Below the pieces are notes generated by a model. The model searched no databases, was not told the origin of the DNA, and saw only the letters and a program-made list of their open reading frames with translations. A DNA stretch of 64,000 nt, taken from an uncultured archaeon (GTDB lineage: Archaea > Asgardarchaeota > Heimdallarchaeia > Heimdallarchaeales > Kariarchaeaceae). Both the position numbers and the translations under genes were made by a program. The DNA is taken from positions 1 through 64,000 of the forward strand of contig CAZYCQ010000001.1 in NCBI GenBank assembly GCA_964645535.1, read 5' to 3'. Below are positions 57,088 to 64,000 of this stretch, in pieces. The first letter of the stretch is position 1, and each line of letters starts with the position of its first letter.

Positions 57088-59175
57088 ATGAGTACGGAAA
57101 GGATTCTTGAACCCATGAAGTTTATGGAGCCATACTTGGATGAAGAAACCACGGAAATTGATGTTGAAGCTTTGATTGGGCTTTTATTGATTTCAAAAGA
57201 AACAAATGTCAAAAGCATTTCCAGAACCCTCGGAAGGAAACAAATCGAAGTAGAGGAACTGCTTGGACGAATACTCCAATCGGGACTTTTCAAATTGAAG
57301 TTTGATGGATCCAAGGTGATCGTTCAAGAGAAAAAATTCAAGCCCAAGACAAGTAATGCTCCCTTGACTGTTCAAGATCAATTCTTTCTGTCCTATGTTA
57401 AAGCTCGGCATATGCTAAGTCTAAAAGAACTTGCAGAGGTTTTTGAGGCAAGAGTGTCTGAAATTCAGAAAAAAATTGCCATCTTTGCCGCACGAGGACT
57501 CATAGAAATAATCCACCAAGATGGAGATTCCTATTTCTTCATTGTGAAATACCTAAGGGAGAAAAAAACACCAGAAACCATCTCGGTAATGGACATTATG
57601 ATTATTGGGTATTTGATGGTGAAGGGGGTAACCACAATCGAAGAAATAAGTCTTGATCTAGATGTTCCAACCCATAGAGTTCAATCCGTGTTGGTTGATC
57701 TCCTCCTTTCTGAAACTATCATTTGTGTCTTTGAATATCAGAAAAACTTTCTACGGGAAAACTCATTGACTCTCAAAATCCGCCAAGTCAACATTACCTT
57801 TCCGACCAAGGAGATATCTGCCCTCAATGAACACCAAAGAACACTCATCGGATTGGTGGGACTCGCCCAAAAAATATCAATGGATAAGCTCACCACAATT
57901 ACCGGACTTTCACGAACAAGAATCATGGAGCTTCTGTGTACATTGACTGTGATGACAACCTACCGGTTTATAATGGACTTCGAAGAGGATGTCATGCTAG
58001 AAGAACCACCAATTTTCTATCCAGCCCGTTCATTGGAAGAAATGGAGGATTTGAACTTCTTCAATTACAGGGAGCTACTTGGGAGAATTTCAACCTCCAA
58101 AAAAATTAGGTTGAGCCAGCTTTCAAGAAAAATGAAAATTCCAAAAGATGAGCTTTACTTACGCTTGATTGACCTTTATGTGGAGGGTCACCTCAAGGGA
58201 AGATTAATCTCAACTGATGAATTCGTTGTGGAAACAATACGGAAGTCAGAAACTTCACAGGTTGAAACTTTATCCAGTGAAGAAAAAATCATTTTAGGAG
58301 GGTTGATTGCTTCAAAAAGACTTACTTGGCCAGAAATAGGAGTTCTACTGAAAATTGATAGAGAACAGTCGATTACCCTTGCATATTCCATGGTGGCCAA
58401 AAACATTGGTGTGATGGAAATCAGAAATGAGAAGGAACTTTTCCTTTTGCAAGAACCATCATTGCCACCATTGGTGACTGTTGAGGAATTGAGTTTTGAG
58501 GATCAAGTCTTGCTAGGATATATGGCTTCTGCTACAAACCCCAATTTAAAAGAAGCCAAGGCGATTCTCCGCAAACCAAGGGTACATCTGCTCTCTCACA
58601 CCTATCTTTTGATAGGATCAGGTCTTCTTGTAGCAAAACAATTGAAACAAAGGTTCAATGTTCATAGGATCCGGATAGAACAACCGAAATCGTCAATTGA
58701 AACAAAATCATTCATTGTTCAGAAGGTTGCTAAAATTTTAGATCAGAATGTAGGATCCAAAGTTTCTCTTAAGAAAATTGCGAAGGAGATGGGGGAGGAA
58801 CCGCGAGTGATCTTTCAAACAGCCCTATTTTTGGTGGCCCAAGGATACATTGTGGGTAAACTTAGAGGAAATGATTTTATTGTGACTCGTTCCTTTGTGA
58901 AATTCAAGGTAGACCATTATTGCTATTTCTGTAATTCTAAGATTGAGAATAAGGATGAACCGTGTCCAGTATGTGAAAATGCCCCAATCAATTGCAGTGT
59001 GTGCAGAGGTTTTATCTCAGCCACAGATGATGTCTTGAAATGCCCGACATGCCAGAATCTTGCCCATCCTGAGCATCTTGAGGAATGGCTACGAATGAAA
59101 GGAGAATGCCCCATTTGCAAGATGAAACTTAGGGCAACACAATTTATCAGAATAGAGGCACCCCTGAAAATCTAA
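57088..59175 (+). CDS. Tandem winged-helix repeat protein with zinc ribbon and C-terminal RING finger (putative E3 ligase)
   Basis: Eight wH-like repeats of about 70-80 aa; CYFC..CPVC; CSVC-x12-CPTC-x4-HPEH-LEEW-x6-CPIC. Start set at ATG 57088. Confidence 0.82.
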   Translation: MSTERILEPMKFMEPYLDEETTEIDVEALIGLLLISKETNVKSISRTLGRKQIEVEELLGRILQSGLFKLKFDGSKVIVQEKKFKPKTSNAPLTVQDQFFLSYVKARHMLSLKELAEVFEARVSEIQKKIAIFAARGLIEIIHQDGDSYFFIVKYLREKKTPETISVMDIMIIGYLMVKGVTTIEEISLDLDVPTHRVQSVLVDLLLSETIICVFEYQKNFLRENSLTLKIRQVNITFPTKEISALNEHQRTLIGLVGLAQKISMDKLTTITGLSRTRIMELLCTLTVMTTYRFIMDFEEDVMLEEPPIFYPARSLEEMEDLNFFNYRELLGRISTSKKIRLSQLSRKMKIPKDELYLRLIDLYVEGHLKGRLISTDEFVVETIRKSETSQVETLSSEEKIILGGLIASKRLTWPEIGVLLKIDREQSITLAYSMVAKNIGVMEIRNEKELFLLQEPSLPPLVTVEELSFEDQVLLGYMASATNPNLKEAKAILRKPRVHLLSHTYLLIGSGLLVAKQLKQRFNVHRIRIEQPKSSIETKSFIVQKVAKILDQNVGSKVSLKKIAKEMGEEPRVIFQTALFLVAQGYIVGKLRGNDFIVTRSFVKFKVDHYCYFCNSKIENKDEPCPVCENAPINCSVCRGFISATDDVLKCPTCQNLAHPEHLEEWLRMKGECPICKMKLRATQFIRIEAPLKI

Positions 59176-59286
59176 ATTAGATAAGAATGTTGTCAATTGG
59201 ATTTAATAGAATCATGCTTACATGGGAAGATGTATAGAATTCCTTTTTAATTATCTTTCAGGCAGGGGAATCGAGAATTTCAAAAG

Positions 59287-61149
59287 ATGGCGTTTCTTAT
59301 GAAAGGAAGGATTATTGTCTTATTATTATTAATGTCCATATTTGCTGCGGCCATTCCCACAACAGTCCTAGGTCAGGAACAAGAGGGAATACCTTCTCCC
59401 GAGTTTACAGGGATAAGTGTGGATGGCAATACTGTCACTAGGTATGTATTTGATATAAATACAACAGTAAAGATTTCCTATACTGCAGACCGATTTGCAG
59501 TTGATGGAATTTTGCTGTTGGGTCAAGGAAGCAACTTGACTGAAGATATCGCCACCGCCAAATCTTCGAACTATTCCATGACCTTGGACGACCAGTTCAG
59601 AGACAAGAAATTTTTCTCAATTGAAATCAATGTAACGGAATTCACAAAGTTCTACGCATGGGCATGGTTCGGAGATATCACCAATGGAACCCGGGAAGTT
59701 ATAGACAATTTTGATGTGGATCGAGAAGGTGGTAATGGATACCATTATCTTTGGATCAAACAAGGCGAACGATATCCAGAATTCCAAATCATCAGAAATG
59801 CTACATTATATGAAGGTTCAGCAACAGATTTTGTGACAGAGCTCGGTACAACAGTCACTATCGAGTACAGAGTTTATAATCCACAAAATGCGACCAATGC
59901 TGTGATTGCCTTTAGCGACAACAATACAAATGTGTATAACAAAACCACCTCTACACAATTCAACATGACGTTTATTGAATTTGACCAGGCAACCAACTAT
60001 ACAACCTTTGCATTCAACTATACTCTTAATACAAGGGTCGTTTTCTTCTCTGCTTACAATTCAAAAGGTTGGGAAAGAAATGGTATCGATTCGAGAGCAG
60101 GAGTTGTCCACAAATTATCTGCCTATTTCAAATTCAATTCAACCCTTTATGATCTTGACACAAGGGAATTTACGGATTTAGACATTATTGCTCTTAATGT
60201 GACGACGTACAACCAGACTCAAGACGATCTGGTCTTCATGAGATACAGAACATACGACAATCTTACCGATACAGAGCCCACAAACTGGACTGAAGTGCAA
60301 CTGTTCAATATTTCCAACCCATATGAGGTGAACAAAACTGTCAACAATGTCACAGTTGCAACAACATTGGTCACGGTTTATGGATTTCAAATGAACGAAA
60401 CACTCAAATTTGACCAAAAATTAGAAGTACAACCGTTCGTGAAAAATAAGAACTTTACTGAATATTTGGATAAGAAAATTTTCGAAATAGTTGATTCAAG
60501 ACCATCTGGAGAATTGTTCATTGGAAATAACTCATACACAAATGTAACGGATTACACTGTCTTTTTCAAGGCAATCACTGAAAAAGGAGATCTCAAGGAA
60601 GTTGCAATTCTTTACGGTACTGATCCTGAAAACCTTACGAAGACTGTGGTCACCAATAAACCAAAAATAAAACAACGGGCAAATACAACAATAACATTAG
60701 ATCAGGAAGGAAATTACACATTTATTCTCAATATCACCAACTCTTTGAATCGAACAAGAATTTATACATCATTCCTGATTGTAGATCACACTGCCCCAAC
60801 AGTTTCAATTTCTCAGAAAGGTCAAGCTTCTCAAGGAATGATTGAAATCACTATCAATGTGGAGGATGAAAATGGCATATTGATAACCTATATCGATTGG
60901 GGTGACGGATTGGTTCAAGATGTCACAAATATGACAGAAGAAAGCCATACATACCGGAAATCAGGAGAGTATCAAATAACCCTCGTGTCAATTGATAAAG
61001 CAGGCAATATTGCAACCACAAGCATTAATGTGACAATTTCATTACCCACAACTACCGAAACACCAGTAAACACCAATCCAATTGGACTGGTTTCAATCCT
61101 TTCTGCTATAGCCATTGTTCCTTTCATTGGCAAAAAGAGGAAGCCTTGA
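59287..61149 (+). CDS. Secreted surface glycoprotein with Ig-like/PKD domains and C-terminal anchor
   Basis: Signal peptide; about 30 N-x-S/T sequons; VDHTAPTV, IDWGDG..HTYRKSGEY..DKAGN; Thr-rich linker, TM, KKRKP. Confidence 0.85.
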   Translation: MAFLMKGRIIVLLLLMSIFAAAIPTTVLGQEQEGIPSPEFTGISVDGNTVTRYVFDINTTVKISYTADRFAVDGILLLGQGSNLTEDIATAKSSNYSMTLDDQFRDKKFFSIEINVTEFTKFYAWAWFGDITNGTREVIDNFDVDREGGNGYHYLWIKQGERYPEFQIIRNATLYEGSATDFVTELGTTVTIEYRVYNPQNATNAVIAFSDNNTNVYNKTTSTQFNMTFIEFDQATNYTTFAFNYTLNTRVVFFSAYNSKGWERNGIDSRAGVVHKLSAYFKFNSTLYDLDTREFTDLDIIALNVTTYNQTQDDLVFMRYRTYDNLTDTEPTNWTEVQLFNISNPYEVNKTVNNVTVATTLVTVYGFQMNETLKFDQKLEVQPFVKNKNFTEYLDKKIFEIVDSRPSGELFIGNNSYTNVTDYTVFFKAITEKGDLKEVAILYGTDPENLTKTVVTNKPKIKQRANTTITLDQEGNYTFILNITNSLNRTRIYTSFLIVDHTAPTVSISQKGQASQGMIEITINVEDENGILITYIDWGDGLVQDVTNMTEESHTYRKSGEYQITLVSIDKAGNIATTSINVTISLPTTTETPVNTNPIGLVSILSAIAIVPFIGKKRKP

Positions 61150-61197
61150 ACCCTGCTTAAGATAGCCATTTTATATTCGATTGAAACGATTATATAC

Positions 61198-64000
61198 ATG
61201 GATTATAGAATAATTACAGTTTTTGTTATAGCGTTAATCGCCATTCCACAGAATGGAGTGGGGAATGTCCCAGTTAATGACAATAATTTAGGAAATTTTC
61301 AGGAATATGATTGGGATCATAACAAGATTGAGGATAGTATTGAAGGTTTTTTTGGTTCAGGTGAATTTCTGGTAAGAACTAATGGTCCTATTGACTGGTA
61401 TGCCTACGGCTATAAATTGAAATATCAGACAGGTGATAGGTCAATCTCATGGATTAAAGGAAAAGGAAACAATCTAAGGATACTTGCACAGAATGAAAAC
61501 GTTGTTTTCATTGAAGGAGTCAAAAAAATCGAACCACATTTGTTTTATTCTTCAAAACAGATTGGAGTAAACCCAGGCATTTGGGATCTTGGATACACAG
61601 GATCGCAGGAAATGTCGGTTGCAGTGCTTGATACAGGAATTGATGCGACACATCCAGCTTTTCAAAACAAACAGATTACATGGGTGGATTTGGCAGGCGT
61701 TTCTCTTTCAGTCGATGGAGATGAATATGCAAATCCTGTTGACAAAGGAGGTCATGGAACCCATGTTGCAGGAATAATTGCCGGTTCCCCAACTTCAAAT
61801 TTGGAAGAAGGGTTTGTCGGTCAAGTTCCTCCTGTATCCTCTTTTCAAATCGTGAAGAGTGTATCTGACCATCAAAACAATATCGTACTGAACTTTACAA
61901 TTGATTGGGGAAATGCAGGAGATGACAATCCGGGGAATCATTTGACAGTCATTGCCACACCAAGTAACAATGTGGGAAATGTTGTTGCATTTTTGGATAC
62001 TGACACAAGTGGGTTGTTCCAAGGTACATTAACTCTAAGTCCTGGAGAGTACCTTATCGGAGTAGCCAATCAGGAGACAAACGGCCCAAATCCGGAAGGA
62101 TTGCCATATTCAATAAAGACTACAATAATAAAGGATTCAAACGAACCAGAGACGGGGTATAAAAATTGGCGAGGGATTGCACCGGATGTTAACCTTGTAG
62201 CGATTAAGGTCTTTGATGATTCCGGGAACGGGAACACAGGATCTTTACTTCAAGGATTAGATTGGATCAAGAACAATTATGACACCTACAACATAACAGT
62301 CGTAAACATGAGTTTGGGAACAGATTCAATTTCATCAGTTATTGATTCTGAAGTTGAGAACCTTGCAAATCTCGGAATACTTGTTGTAGCTTCAGCAGGT
62401 AATGAAGGAGTGAACGCAAACGGAATTGGATCGCCAGGGTCGGCTCCTTTTGCATTGACTGTTGGGGCAGTGAATCGAATGAATGAAATCGCATATTATT
62501 CCAGCAATGGGGATCCGAATGTAAATACAGTGACAAAACCAGATATCTTGGCACCTGGTGGGTCAGCGGCAATTCCAGGTTTGGGAGATGTTTCAGGATA
62601 TACCGCAGGAAACGGTTTGATATTATCGGCAATGCCTTTTGGGCAGACGCCATTCGGGAATGCATTAATTACGGGAAAGCAAGGAACAAGTATGGCAGCA
62701 CCCCATGTCAGTGGTGTTGCAGCCATTCTCTATCAGATTTTGAATGAAAAAGGAGAATTGACGCACAGTATCAATGATGTCAAACGGGTTAAACAAGTTC
62801 TTGAATTATCTGCGTTTGAAGTTGGAAATATTCTTAATGGAGGGGAAAAAATCCAAGGTGGTACACAACAAAATCCACCAATTGATCCAGAAACAAAAGA
62901 TTTTGTGGAAGGATGGGGGGCAATCAATCCTCTTGCAGCAGTTTCTCTTGTTTTGGAAACTGCTTCTCCAAATTCGCCCAAGGCAGATGAATTGAGTTTA
63001 GAAAATTCTTTCATTCAAAATAGTGTTGCCCGAAAAATTACCCTCTCAGGAGGAATATCCTATACATTTTGGTCAACCATTCCCCAAGGAGCAAGTGTGG
63101 ATTTCATACTATATGATGGTAATCCAGATCAATATGGAGATCCTGTTCCATTGGTGCATAGAAATATAGATGCAAGTTTACAAGAGGGAATTCTGAATCT
63201 TCCTGTTTTAATCAACCAATCAGGAGAATACTATTATTCTCTGAAGCTTCGGGATTCTGTGAACGCTATTGACCGGATACACCATGTTGTCCTTGAAGAT
63301 AATTTTGTTCCATTCATTAACCCTCTTTCTCCAGTTCCTGATGGTTATGTCAACCAAACCAATCTAGAAATTCGGTTTGAATCCATGACAAATCAGGTTG
63401 ATGCTTCGATTGACGGGAACAATATCGGCGTGATATCAGATGGATACGTAATTTCTGGGCTTTCACAAGGGGAACATAGTCTCTCTTTAGAAGAAAGAAA
63501 TGAAAATACAGGTACAAAGGCAAATACAACATTCACCTTCACTGTTGATCTCACACTTCCTCAATTAGTTTCAAACCTGACATCCATTACCACTGATCAA
63601 GCATTATTAATTGAATACAATGCAACGGATAACATGGGAATTGACTTTGTAAGGGCAAGAATTGGTAACAGTATTCTTGCACAATCTAATGAGAGTTCAG
63701 GAACACTGACAGTAAATCCACAACATTTGCCTCCAGGAACCTATGATTTGGTGGTTGAAGTGTTTGATCATGCAGGGAACGTTGCAAGGGAAAGTGCACA
63801 AGTCACCTTTGTGCATGATATTTTCATTGAAGGAGAAGATTTGATGGAAGTCGAATTCGCCGATGCGATCACCTTGCGTTGGAATGCAGGATCACAGAAA
63901 CCCTCACAATTCAAAATATTTATTGACGACGTACTTGTTCACGAGGAAAATTGGAATGGAGGAGACATAGTCTATTCATTTTCTCCAGTTTCATTAGGTG
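61198..64000 (+). CDS. Secreted S8 subtilisin-like serine protease with C-terminal Ig-like domains (truncated by window end)
   Basis: Not in the ORF track because it has no stop in the window. Read from ATG 61198: MDYRIITVFVIALIAI signal; VAVLDTGID, GHGTHVAGIIAG, NMSLG, SAGNEG, KPDILAPGG, GTSMAAPHVSG. Confidence 0.93.
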   Translation, partial: MDYRIITVFVIALIAIPQNGVGNVPVNDNNLGNFQEYDWDHNKIEDSIEGFFGSGEFLVRTNGPIDWYAYGYKLKYQTGDRSISWIKGKGNNLRILAQNENVVFIEGVKKIEPHLFYSSKQIGVNPGIWDLGYTGSQEMSVAVLDTGIDATHPAFQNKQITWVDLAGVSLSVDGDEYANPVDKGGHGTHVAGIIAGSPTSNLEEGFVGQVPPVSSFQIVKSVSDHQNNIVLNFTIDWGNAGDDNPGNHLTVIATPSNNVGNVVAFLDTDTSGLFQGTLTLSPGEYLIGVANQETNGPNPEGLPYSIKTTIIKDSNEPETGYKNWRGIAPDVNLVAIKVFDDSGNGNTGSLLQGLDWIKNNYDTYNITVVNMSLGTDSISSVIDSEVENLANLGILVVASAGNEGVNANGIGSPGSAPFALTVGAVNRMNEIAYYSSNGDPNVNTVTKPDILAPGGSAAIPGLGDVSGYTAGNGLILSAMPFGQTPFGNALITGKQGTSMAAPHVSGVAAILYQILNEKGELTHSINDVKRVKQVLELSAFEVGNILNGGEKIQGGTQQNPPIDPETKDFVEGWGAINPLAAVSLVLETASPNSPKADELSLENSFIQNSVARKITLSGGISYTFWSTIPQGASVDFILYDGNPDQYGDPVPLVHRNIDASLQEGILNLPVLINQSGEYYYSLKLRDSVNAIDRIHHVVLEDNFVPFINPLSPVPDGYVNQTNLEIRFESMTNQVDASIDGNNIGVISDGYVISGLSQGEHSLSLEERNENTGTKANTTFTFTVDLTLPQLVSNLTSITTDQALLIEYNATDNMGIDFVRARIGNSILAQSNESSGTLTVNPQHLPPGTYDLVVEVFDHAGNVARESAQVTFVHDIFIEGEDLMEVEFADAITLRWNAGSQKPSQFKIFIDDVLVHEENWNGGDIVYSFSPVSLG

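Noticed and set aside
1-64000. CRISPR arrays, IS elements, proviruses, rRNA
   Set aside because: No regularly spaced repeats, transposase, integrase or capsid motifs, and no non-coding stretch long enough for 16S/23S rRNA.

Overview
Gene-dense archaeal chromosomal segment. Archaeal markers include eS1/S3Ae, archaeal-type ThrRS, 20S proteasome subunits, RqcH, CofC/CofD and a CCA-less tRNA-Thr(CGU). Eukaryote-signature-like proteins (longin, two RING fingers, tandem winged-helix arrays, LRR, VIT-vWA) point to an Asgard archaeon, probably Heimdallarchaeia; the taxonomy is inference. About 65 CDS, one tRNA and one decayed APH-kinase pseudogene were found, with no CRISPR array, integrase or transposase. 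Housekeeping content: ahcY, liv and opp ABC genes, trxB, pdxST, serS, thrS, nth, rdgB. Most notable: (i) a longin-wH gene next to a protein with eight tandem winged helices, a zinc ribbon and a RING; (ii) a translationally coupled pair of coiled-coil/winged-helix paralogues followed by a zinc-ribbon-RING protein; (iii) an intact oapABC/arvABC GTPase operon; (iv) a sodX-sodN nickel superoxide dismutase pair; (v) a tandem proteasome beta-alpha pair with a divergent alpha; (vi) a PIN-helical-OB protein; (vii) secreted proteins that share a Gln at the predicted signal-peptide +1 position and a C-terminal (S/N)-P-I-x/TM/basic tail. All family calls are by motif recognition, with no database search.
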